DNA of 64,000 nucleotides from Staphylococcus phage S6. The DNA is taken from the sequence record LC680885.1; one strand, written 5' to 3'. The position numbers were made by a program, and so were the translations under genes. The notes under the pieces were generated by a model, which was given only the letters and a program-made list of their open reading frames with translations, searched no databases and was not told the DNA's origin. Of this stretch, positions 28,818 to 36,975 are shown piece by piece (positions within the stretch are counted from its first letter, which is position 1; the number at the start of each line of letters is the position of its first letter).

Positions 28818-30752
28818 ATGTCTAATCAAGATAATAAATATGAACGTAAAAGAGCTATAACAGGATATTTAGAAAATTTAATCAAATTAATTAAAATAAG
28901 AAAACCTGATATTGATAATGAAAAGTTAATTAATACTTGTAGAGAGTATATTAAAAAACATGTAGATCCAGCTTTAATAGAAATATCTGGACAAAAAATG
29001 AATGTGGATACAACTTTAAGACAAATTATAGATAATAATTTAATTGTAACTGGTTCTGGTTCTATTTATCAGCCTCAATCACAAAGAAAAAATTTAAATG
29101 CAGACATGTTAAAAGACTTTATAGATTCTCGTAAAGTAGCTAAACATAATATGTTTATATATAAAGGTAAAGATGATGTTTTACATGATAAATATATGAA
29201 CGAACAAAAAACAATTAAGATCTTGGCTAACAGTTATTACGGTGCTATGATTCAAAAGAATAGTACATTCTATGATGCTAATTCAGGTCCAGCAACTACA
29301 TATAGTGGTGTTGATATTGTAACTACTTCAGCAATAGCTTTAGAAAGATTTATAGGTGGAAAAATATTCTTTATGAAAATTGATGAAATATATCATTATA
29401 TATTAAGAATAATCAATGAAGAATATAAAGATCATGATATTAAAATAAAAACAATTCCAACTGATATGGAAATTTTAGAAGGTTTAGTTTCTAATGTTGA
29501 AGAATCTTTTAGCGAAGAAGAATATCTTAAATTAGAAGAAGTATTTAGTAAATTAAGTCAAGAAGATAAAAATAAGGTATATTTCAAAAATAACTTATTT
29601 GGTTTAATTGATCATACTGATATATTTGAGAATAAAATTAGTAAAATGACTGGTAGAGAAGATTTCTTAGATCCGAACGAACCACCTGAAGATATGATTC
29701 CATTATTAGATGAATTATTTGAAATATTAAAAGATTGGGTTATATACAACTATCAAGATTATAATAGAATGTATAGAATGAATTACAAGAAACGTAGAAG
29801 TGTTCTCACAATTGACACAGATTCAAATTTCGTTCACTTAGATCCATTATACGAAAAAATGAAATCATTAAAACCTGAAGATTTTCCTTTAGCAGAAAAT
29901 GGTTTAGAAGATAAATTAGAAGAACGTGTAGGTAATATATCTATTATTAACTATCAAATAACTAAATTATTAGAATTATCTTACTATGGATTCTGTAAAG
30001 ATGTAGGATTAGAAGAAGAACATTTAGGTTTAATATCAATGAAAAATGAATTTTTACTTGATAAACAATTAACAACAGATAAAAAGAAAACTTATGCATC
30101 ATCAGTAATTCAACAAGAAGGTAATTTAATTCAACCTCCAGATTTAGATGTTAAAGGTATGGCTATTAGAAAAGTTAACACTAATAAACGTATTAGAGAA
30201 TTATTTACTGAAATATTACAAAAAGATATTTTAGAAAATAAAACTGGTGTAGATCGTATTAAGATAATACGTAAATTTAAAGATATTGAAGAAATGATTA
30301 AGAAATCATTAGATAATGGAGAAATTGAATTCTTAAAACCGTTTAAAGCTAATAATGCTGAAGTGTATAAAGATCCTTATTCTCAAATGGCTTATAGAGC
30401 TGCTTTAGCATGGAATATAATGTTCCCAGAAAAGGAAATAGCACTACCTGCTAAGATATTAGCAGTTAAATTAAATATTAGTACATTTGGAGATATTAAG
30501 AATAAGATAACTGATGAAAATACTTTAAATAGATTTAGAGAAGTATTTAAGAATGAAAGTTTAGTTAAAAATGGTTTAAATGTAATTGCAGTTGAAGGTA
30601 ATACAATTCCTGAAGAGTTTAGACCTTTTATTGACTATGATAGTATGATTGAAGATCATATTAAACCAGGTAAAGATATTATTGAATCTATAGGAGTTAG
30701 AGTATTGGAATCTTCAAATAGCTCATTTGTATCTAATATGATTAAATTCTAA
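28818..30752 (+). CDS. Family B DNA polymerase, C-terminal half (palm motifs B and C, KxY, thumb) encoded as a separate gene
   Basis: Motif B 'KILANSYYGAM' (K-x3-NSxYG). Motif C 'LTIDTDSNFVHL' (DTDS). 'TDKKKTYASSV' (KKRY-like). AAGGAGATG RBS. No exonuclease or motif A in this ORF. Confidence 0.75.
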   Translation: MSNQDNKYERKRAITGYLENLIKLIKIRKPDIDNEKLINTCREYIKKHVDPALIEISGQKMNVDTTLRQIIDNNLIVTGSGSIYQPQSQRKNLNADMLKDFIDSRKVAKHNMFIYKGKDDVLHDKYMNEQKTIKILANSYYGAMIQKNSTFYDANSGPATTYSGVDIVTTSAIALERFIGGKIFFMKIDEIYHYILRIINEEYKDHDIKIKTIPTDMEILEGLVSNVEESFSEEEYLKLEEVFSKLSQEDKNKVYFKNNLFGLIDHTDIFENKISKMTGREDFLDPNEPPEDMIPLLDELFEILKDWVIYNYQDYNRMYRMNYKKRRSVLTIDTDSNFVHLDPLYEKMKSLKPEDFPLAENGLEDKLEERVGNISIINYQITKLLELSYYGFCKDVGLEEEHLGLISMKNEFLLDKQLTTDKKKTYASSVIQQEGNLIQPPDLDVKGMAIRKVNTNKRIRELFTEILQKDILENKTGVDRIKIIRKFKDIEEMIKKSLDNGEIEFLKPFKANNAEVYKDPYSQMAYRAALAWNIMFPEKEIALPAKILAVKLNISTFGDIKNKITDENTLNRFREVFKNESLVKNGLNVIAVEGNTIPEEFRPFIDYDSMIEDHIKPGKDIIESIGVRVLESSNSSFVSNMIKF

Positions 30753-30774
30753 ATAATTGAATGAGGTATTTATT

Positions 30775-31353
30775 ATGGAAAAATACTATAAATTTAATTT
30801 ATTTGAGTGCATACTAAAAAATATTGGTATGCACTCAGATAAATATGAAAATTTGATAAGTAATATAAATAAAAATTTTACATCTTTATATTTTTATGAC
30901 TATGAGATTAATAATAGTGATATAGATAAATTGATATATGATAACATTCAAAAACAATTAATTGATGATAGTTATTTTTTATTTGAAATCAATAATAAAG
31001 AAGAAAGACTATTAGTTGATTTTGAAAATAACCTTTTATATGATAAATATAATGAGAAAATAGGAATGGTTTCTTTAAATAGGATTACTTCTTCTAGAGT
31101 AAATTTATTTTCAGATTTTGAGAATAAATATAGAGATTTAATATTTATGGAAAAAGAAGATATAAAATATGAAAATTTAATTGATATGGGATTTAATATT
31201 GTTACTACTTTTGAAATTTCTACCGTATGTAAAAATAAAATAAATAATTTTAGTTACTTTGGTTTTGATATTAAAGATAATAAAAATAATCTATTAATTG
31301 AATGTGATGAAAAAGAATTCAAAATTAATAAAGTTAAGAATAATTTTATATAA
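30775..31353 (+). CDS. hypothetical protein (ends ..KVKNNFI, weak family-like tail)
   Basis: ATG at 30775 with TGAGGT 7 nt upstream. The track start 30757 is a TTG. Confidence 0.45.
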   Translation: MEKYYKFNLFECILKNIGMHSDKYENLISNINKNFTSLYFYDYEINNSDIDKLIYDNIQKQLIDDSYFLFEINNKEERLLVDFENNLLYDKYNEKIGMVSLNRITSSRVNLFSDFENKYRDLIFMEKEDIKYENLIDMGFNIVTTFEISTVCKNKINNFSYFGFDIKDNKNNLLIECDEKEFKINKVKNNFI

Positions 31354-31411
31354 TTAGAAAAGTTAAAAGATAAATTTATTAATGATTATGAATAAGGAGA
31401 CTTTGAATTTT

Positions 31412-32131
31412 ATGTATAAAGAAGATGAAATGAATACAGGTCATATAGTTGCTGATTGTGATGAAGTTTTAGTAAATATTTCCCCTAAGATAGTTCAATT
31501 AATGCATGAAGATTTTGATTATTACAGTCAATTCTTTAGACTATCTCCAGAGTATAATTACGGTACTCATTACAATACAGTTCTTAATCGTCCTGAATAT
31601 TATATTGACCAATGGTTAGTAAGAAAAGATGTTTATGAAAGATTTTCTGAAGATGAAGTTAATGAAGCTAGAAATAGGTTACAAAATGAAATTATATTTA
31701 AAAAAGATTTATACGATACATTAGAACCAACAAATTTAGCTAAAAGTTTATCATATACAATCAATACACCTTTAATGAATAGATTATCAATTGTAACTAA
31801 AACTTCTGATAATAACTTAAAATCTAAAGAGAAATTTTTGAAAACTTTATTTAGAGGAAGTATGGAAAAGGTTGATATTTATTATCTTGAATCAGATGAA
31901 AAGAAATCAGATGTAATTAATACATTAGGTTATGTTACTAGAATATATGAGGATGAAGTTAGTAATATTAAAGACATTATTATGAATTGTGATAATGTTA
32001 TGCAAACTGGCATCGATATTCCTTCATTAGGATATAACCAAAAATTAGATGAAGCAACTATTATGAAAGCTAAAGAAAAAGAAATAGACTTAAATTATTT
32101 TAGTTATATGAGTAATAGTTTAGTTAATTAA
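31412..32131 (+). CDS. HAD-superfamily 5'(3')-deoxyribonucleotidase-like protein (possible dNMP phosphohydrolase)
   Basis: N-terminal 'GHIVADCDEVLVNI' matches the DxDx(V/T) phosphatase motif I (compare 'IAVDMDGVLADF' of NT5C-family enzymes). Start is uncertain (ATG 31382/31388/31412; AAGGAG at 31394). Confidence 0.4.
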   Translation: MYKEDEMNTGHIVADCDEVLVNISPKIVQLMHEDFDYYSQFFRLSPEYNYGTHYNTVLNRPEYYIDQWLVRKDVYERFSEDEVNEARNRLQNEIIFKKDLYDTLEPTNLAKSLSYTINTPLMNRLSIVTKTSDNNLKSKEKFLKTLFRGSMEKVDIYYLESDEKKSDVINTLGYVTRIYEDEVSNIKDIIMNCDNVMQTGIDIPSLGYNQKLDEATIMKAKEKEIDLNYFSYMSNSLVN

Positions 32132-32139
32132 TAATTATT

Positions 32140-32192
32140 GCCATGTTAAGTTTATAGCTTAACATGGCTTTTATATATTTATTTTTTTTTTT
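32140..32192 (+). terminator. Rho-independent terminator ('gccatgttaag..cttaacatggc' + long T-run)
   Basis: 11-bp stem, 7-nt loop, followed by 'ttttatatatttattttttttttt'. Confidence 0.7.
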
Positions 32193-32221
32193 ATAAAATA
32201 AGATTGGAAGTGAAATGTTAG

Positions 32222-33733
32222 ATGAAAATAGATATGATCAACGTTGATCAAATTATTACAGCCTATGAAGCTAAAGAAGTTACCAATCCTATTTTCTTTG
32301 ATTCAGGAACTTTACCTAAAGAAGACGGTTTATTCTCATATGAAATATTTGGTTTAATAGGTACTGATGAAAGAAAGAACAATGTGGGGTGGATTAATTT
32401 AGGTGGTAAATACTTAAATCCTGTAGCGTATAAAGCTATGAAAGAATTAGATAAGAATATAGATTTATGTATTCAAGGATCTGATTACTTTAAAATTGAA
32501 AAAGGACAATTAGTTCCAGATGAAAATGGTGAAACTGGATTAAATTTCCTATACGATAATTATGAAAATCTTAAATTTAGAAAAAATGATTCTCGTATCC
32601 GAAATGAAAAAATTGATATGCTTAAAAATACTCCTAAAGATAGAATATTTACAGATAAATGGCTTGTAATACCTGCTTTCTATCGTGACTTTAACCCTAA
32701 TGAAACTTCAGGAGAAATTCAAGATACTGAAGAAATAAATGATATGTATGCGAGTATTTTAAGATCTGTAGATTCAATTAGTTTTAACTCATTTGATTTT
32801 GTAGCTAATACGACTAAATATAATATTCAAAATAAATTATTTGAAATATACGTTAAATTAACTTCAGGTGAACTATCAGGTAAAACTGGTATGATGCAAA
32901 GAAATATTTTAGGTAAGACAGTAGATAATAGTACTCGTTCAGTTATTTCATCACCTAAAATCAATTCAAATAAATGGAATGAAATGCAAATTGAATTCGG
33001 TCAATTAGGTGTTCCATTAACTCAATTAGTAACATTGTTCTTACCTTTCTTTAGTAAATATATTATAGACTTTATTGAAATTCATAAAGATGCTTTCCAA
33101 ACTGCTACTGGAACTGATGAAAAGGAATTAACATTAGAAGAAGTATATGAACAATTTGATGATAAATCTATTAAGAATATGTTAGAATACTTTATTAAAG
33201 ACCCTAATGAAAGATTTAGTCCTATATATGTAAATGATAGACAAGGTAAACGTCATAAAGTTAAATTATTTGAAAATACTTTAGGTAGAACTTTTACTGT
33301 AATTGATTTACTTTATATAGCTGCTACAGAAATATGTGAAGATAAGTATGTGGTTTATTCAAGATATCCGATTGAAAATTTCTTGAATGTGGCTCCTGCT
33401 AAAATTAAAATACTAACTACAGTTGATACAATTCCAGAAATTACTTTAGATGATATTGTACTTAAAGATTATCCTAAAGTTGTTCATGAATATCCTGTTG
33501 ATGAAGATGTATTTATAGATACTGCTATTATACACAACAGTTATGCCGGAGCACTTGGTGCAGATTTTGACGGTGATATGATCTCTATTAGATCTTTATG
33601 GACAGTTGAAGCTAATAAAGAAGCTAATAAACTTCTTAATAAGAAAACTAACTATCTAAACTACACTGGTAATTCAGTACGTAATTTGGGTAACGAATCG
33701 GTACAAGCTTTATATTCATTAACTAAAGAATAA
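32222..33733 (+). CDS. Multisubunit RNA polymerase beta-prime-like subunit, N-terminal fragment (catalytic NADFDGD region)
   Basis: 'KEDGLFSYEIFGL' aligns to the beta-prime N-terminus 'ERDGLFCARIFGP'. 'LVIPAFYRDFNP...EINDMYASILR' aligns to 'LPVLPPDLRPL..DLNDLYRRVI'. 'HNSYAGALGADFDGDMISI' aligns to 'AAYNADFDGDQMAVH', and 'NESVQALYSLT' to 'QDVVLGLYYMT'. No zinc-finger Cys. The ORF ends before the bridge helix. Confidence 0.7.
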   Translation: MKIDMINVDQIITAYEAKEVTNPIFFDSGTLPKEDGLFSYEIFGLIGTDERKNNVGWINLGGKYLNPVAYKAMKELDKNIDLCIQGSDYFKIEKGQLVPDENGETGLNFLYDNYENLKFRKNDSRIRNEKIDMLKNTPKDRIFTDKWLVIPAFYRDFNPNETSGEIQDTEEINDMYASILRSVDSISFNSFDFVANTTKYNIQNKLFEIYVKLTSGELSGKTGMMQRNILGKTVDNSTRSVISSPKINSNKWNEMQIEFGQLGVPLTQLVTLFLPFFSKYIIDFIEIHKDAFQTATGTDEKELTLEEVYEQFDDKSIKNMLEYFIKDPNERFSPIYVNDRQGKRHKVKLFENTLGRTFTVIDLLYIAATEICEDKYVVYSRYPIENFLNVAPAKIKILTTVDTIPEITLDDIVLKDYPKVVHEYPVDEDVFIDTAIIHNSYAGALGADFDGDMISIRSLWTVEANKEANKLLNKKTNYLNYTGNSVRNLGNESVQALYSLTKE

Positions 33734-33745
33734 ATTTAAAAAAAT

Positions 33746-33776
33746 GAGGTAACGGACAATTATAGTTCGTTACCTC
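33746..33776 (+). terminator. Hairpin terminator ('gaggtaacg..cgttacctc') followed by 'tattatactgc'
   Basis: 9-bp stem, 13-nt loop. The stem sequence and 3' tail are related to the hairpin at 16168. Confidence 0.5.
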
Positions 33777-33808
33777 TATTATACTGCAAAAACGTATCTA
33801 ATGATATT

Positions 33809-33833
33809 TTAAATTTATATTATAATTATGAAG
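33809..33833 (+). promoter_or_regulatory. Conserved promoter-like motif copy 3 ('ttaaatttatattataattatgaag')
   Basis: Matches the consensus. Lies 45 nt upstream of the 33878 start. Confidence 0.4.
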
Positions 33834-33877
33834 TTGATAATTATTATCAACTAATTTAAATAAAAGGATGATTTAAT

Positions 33878-34177
33878 ATGAATGAAATTAAAATAATGGA
33901 TACTGAACTACTACAGGAAGCTGTAGAAGGAAAAGAGAATAACGGTGGAGGTTACGAACATACTCGTACCGTTTTCGAATTCCAAGGAAAACAAGGAGTT
34001 TTCGAAGACACTTCTTGTGGTGATTTCGGTAGCAGATTCTTCATGGAATGGGATGGAAAAATGGCTATGTGGGGAAGTATGATTGATGAAGAACTCGAAT
34101 ACAGTGAATTCGATGAACAAGAACAATCAGAACTTCTAAAGCATTTTAGAGTTCCTGTTTTTGAAGAAACAATCTAG
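33878..34177 (+). CDS. small acidic protein (locally GC-richer moron-like gene)
   Basis: 99 aa. Codon usage is visibly richer in G/C-ending codons (GAATTC, TTCGAA, GGTGGAGG) than its neighbours. Flanked by terminator hairpins on both sides and its own copy of the promoter motif. Confidence 0.5.
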   Translation: MNEIKIMDTELLQEAVEGKENNGGGYEHTRTVFEFQGKQGVFEDTSCGDFGSRFFMEWDGKMAMWGSMIDEELEYSEFDEQEQSELLKHFRVPVFEETI

Positions 34178-34211
34178 GACATTAATGTCCTAGATTTCTT
34201 TTATTTTTTTT
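34174..34211 (+). terminator. Rho-independent terminator (perfect 20-nt palindrome 'ctaggacattaatgtcctag' + T-run)
   Basis: Palindrome overlaps the stop codon and is followed by 'atttcttttattttttttc'. Confidence 0.7.
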
Positions 34212-34233
34212 CTAAAAATATTCTATTTTATGA

Positions 34234-34260
34234 TTAAATATATATTATAAAAATAGATGC
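34234..34260 (+). promoter_or_regulatory. Conserved promoter-like motif copy 4 ('ttaaatatatattataaaaatagatgc')
   Basis: Exact core TTAAATATATATTATAAAAAT, located just after the terminator. Confidence 0.45.
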
Positions 34261-34334
34261 AATTAAATATATTGAAAGATGTTGTTTTATATGTAAAGTT
34301 TTAGAAGAATTTAATAAGGGAGCTGAAATAGATA

Positions 34335-34817
34335 ATGATATATTACAAAAATAAAGTAAATGGTGAAATATACGAAGTTAATGATATTCATAGAAAAGAT
34401 GATGCATTTTATTATGTGTTTGGTAATGAATTTAAAAAAGAAAGAATAGGATTATATGAATCAGTGGGTAAAAAAATTGATTTATTTGATAAAGATAAAG
34501 GACATAAAGAATTAAACTTCCAATTAAATTATGACTCATCTAGATTATTTTTAGTTACACATATGAAATATGATAATAATAATCCTTTTGCACCTAAAGC
34601 AGTAGATTTAAAGAATCAAAATTTTGTCGCATCCGATTCTTCAGAAGATCTTTACTATATATTATATAAAAGAATGTGTAATGCAATAGATATACCTTTA
34701 TTAGATTATAATGTATTATTAAAAGAATTTAATTTTGATAATGAAGATATATTTAAAATAATATCAGAAGATTGTAAAGAAGTAAAAGATTTTAAAATTA
34801 GAAATCTTTTTAAATAA
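34335..34817 (+). CDS. paralog-family protein, subfamily C (tail ..KEVKDFKIRNLFK); paralog of 35551-36036
   Basis: 160 aa. The first ~35 aa 'MIYYKNKVNGEIYEVNDIHRKDDAFYYVFGNEFKKE' and the last ~22 aa are nearly identical to the 35551 gene at both DNA and protein level, while the middle has diverged. Confidence 0.6.
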   Translation: MIYYKNKVNGEIYEVNDIHRKDDAFYYVFGNEFKKERIGLYESVGKKIDLFDKDKGHKELNFQLNYDSSRLFLVTHMKYDNNNPFAPKAVDLKNQNFVASDSSEDLYYILYKRMCNAIDIPLLDYNVLLKEFNFDNEDIFKIISEDCKEVKDFKIRNLFK

Positions 34818-34832
34818 AAGGAGAAATTTTAA

Positions 34833-35534
34833 ATGGAAAATATTAAATTGTATAAAAATCTAGAAAACGGTGATAAATTTACTTTATCTAAAGATGAAAT
34901 TAATAATGGTAGATTTCTTTATAAAGTCATGAAACAAATAAAAAGTAATTTTTATCCATATTATAATTATGAAGACCAACCCATTACAACCAATGGAAAC
35001 TCTTATTTAATTAATAAACAACTGAATTTTCATTTTTATACACATTCTGATATTATTATAAATTTTAAAAATTTAATTGGAATAGATGAAGATATAATAA
35101 TTAAGAGTAATGAAAATAAAGAAAGAAATATTTCATCTTCAATTGTTTGTTTCTCTGATTCTAATACAAATAATGATAGAATTTATGAAAATATATTTCA
35201 AATTGTTTTGAACACAAAAAAGGCTAAGAAAATAAATCGTATGCTAGATAAATATAAAAGCGATAAATATGAAATATCTTCTTATACAATGGATAAAAAT
35301 GAAGTAATTTTTAAAGTTAGTTTCAAACAAGATTATTTGTCTGATAAGAGTAATGACGCTTATGATTCTCTAGATGAATTGATATATTATATGTTAAAGG
35401 ACCTTAGAATTAAGATCGACAATTCGTATATGTATTTTATGGATTATCTAAGATGGAATTTGGAATTTATTGCTGAAGAAATTACTGATAAGGAAGAAAT
35501 TAAAAAATACTTAATTAAAGAAAAATTTAAATAA
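34833..35534 (+). CDS. paralog-family protein (tail ..EITDKEEIKKYLIKEKFK)
   Basis: 233 aa. Canonical family tail. GGAG RBS. Confidence 0.6.
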   Translation: MENIKLYKNLENGDKFTLSKDEINNGRFLYKVMKQIKSNFYPYYNYEDQPITTNGNSYLINKQLNFHFYTHSDIIINFKNLIGIDEDIIIKSNENKERNISSSIVCFSDSNTNNDRIYENIFQIVLNTKKAKKINRMLDKYKSDKYEISSYTMDKNEVIFKVSFKQDYLSDKSNDAYDSLDELIYYMLKDLRIKIDNSYMYFMDYLRWNLEFIAEEITDKEEIKKYLIKEKFK

Positions 35535-35550
35535 GGAAGTGTAAATGGAT

Positions 35551-36036
35551 ATGATATATTACAAAAATAAAGTAAATGGTGAAATATATGAAGTTAATAA
35601 TATTCATAGAAAAGATGATGCATTTTATTATGTATTCAATAATGAATTTAAAAAAGAGAATTCGTCTTTTTATAAATCTTATGGTAAAAAGATTGATTTA
35701 TATGATGAAGACGTAGGAATTATAAAATTGGAGTTTTTCTTAATTTATGATTTTATTAATCTTCATTTAACTACACACTTTTCTTGGGATTTTAATAATA
35801 TTCCTTTTATACCTAAAAATATAGAATTAACAAATCAAAATTTTGTCATATCAGACTCTTCAATTGATCTTTATTATTTATTCTATAAAAGAATATGTGA
35901 TGTGATAGATATAAATATGGCACATTATAATATTCCATTAGGAAAATTTAATTTTGATAATGGAGATATATTTGAAATAATATCAGAAGATTGCAAAGAA
36001 GTAAAAGATCTTAAAGTTAGAAATCATTTTAGATAA
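35551..36036 (+). CDS. paralog-family protein, subfamily C (tail ..KEVKDLKVRNHFR)
   Basis: ATG at 35551 with AAGGAAG 10 nt upstream (track start 35545 is too close to the RBS). Paralog of 34335-34817. Confidence 0.6.
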   Translation: MIYYKNKVNGEIYEVNNIHRKDDAFYYVFNNEFKKENSSFYKSYGKKIDLYDEDVGIIKLEFFLIYDFINLHLTTHFSWDFNNIPFIPKNIELTNQNFVISDSSIDLYYLFYKRICDVIDINMAHYNIPLGKFNFDNGDIFEIISEDCKEVKDLKVRNHFR

Positions 36037-36041
36037 GGAGA

Positions 36042-36227
36042 TTGATAAATATGAGAAAAGAAATTAGAAAAAATGAAAGTAAACAATTGACTTTACAAGA
36101 AAAATGGGAAATTGATGCAGAATTATACAGAGAGAAAAATAAAGACAAGAAAAAAATAAAAGGGCCAATTATAGGAAAGAAAGTTTCTAAAGAAGAAATG
36201 GAAAGAATCTTAAAAGGAGAAGAATAA
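36042..36227 (+). CDS. small basic protein
   Basis: 61 aa, Lys-rich. AAGGAG RBS. Stop overlaps the next start. Confidence 0.4.
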   Translation: MINMRKEIRKNESKQLTLQEKWEIDAELYREKNKDKKKIKGPIIGKKVSKEEMERILKGEE

Positions 36228-36228
36228 A

Positions 36229-36882
36229 ATGTTTAATCACAATATCTTACTATATAAACCTATTAGCATTGATTATAATGATTTTATTGAGTTAAACAAA
36301 GAAAAATATAAAAATGATAGAGAATATATTAAAATGATAAATGTATTTAACTTAATGGAACTGTTAAAAATAGACTCTTTTAAAGATAAAACTTTCTTTG
36401 AAACTGAATGTAAATTAAAATTAAGAGGTTATGATGAATATAAAAATATAAAAGTGGTTTACAATCAATCATTAGACAGTGATCCAATATTCTCTAATTT
36501 AAAAAACTTTAATGCAGAATTAGATATTATAAGTAAAGAAAGAGATAATACTTATATGACTGAAGAATTATTATATGAATACAATATGATGAAAATGAGC
36601 ACATGTATAAATGATAAAGCTAACACTATTACAATTAAAATAAAAAATTTCATTAATTCAAATAAAGAAAATTTTAATAACGATTTTGAATTCCTTATTA
36701 AAGAATTTGAAAATAATTTATTAAAGAATTTAACAGACCTCCATAAATATGAAGACTTACAACTTCTAATTAATAGTGAATATCACAGTTTAAAAGATAT
36801 TAGTGTATATAATGAAAAAATATTTAGACCTGCTACTGATAAAGAGTTTAAGAATTATTTAGTTAAAAAAGGATTTAGATGA
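36229..36882 (+). CDS. paralog-family protein (tail ..TDKEFKNYLVKKGFR)
   Basis: 217 aa. Family tail. AAGGAG RBS. Confidence 0.55.
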   Translation: MFNHNILLYKPISIDYNDFIELNKEKYKNDREYIKMINVFNLMELLKIDSFKDKTFFETECKLKLRGYDEYKNIKVVYNQSLDSDPIFSNLKNFNAELDIISKERDNTYMTEELLYEYNMMKMSTCINDKANTITIKIKNFINSNKENFNNDFEFLIKEFENNLLKNLTDLHKYEDLQLLINSEYHSLKDISVYNEKIFRPATDKEFKNYLVKKGFR

Positions 36883-36891
36883 AAATATGTA

Positions 36892-36917
36892 TTAAATATA
36901 TATTATAAAAATGAGAT
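36892..36917 (+). promoter_or_regulatory. Conserved promoter-like motif copy 5 ('ttaaatatatattataaaaatgagat') followed by hairpin 36913-36943
   Basis: Exact consensus. A 13-bp hairpin 'gagataatgaatt..aattcattatctc' overlaps its 3' end. Confidence 0.45.
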
Positions 36918-36975
36918 AATGAATTAATATAATTCATTATCTCTATATTAATTTAATTAGGAGAGTGAAAAAGAT

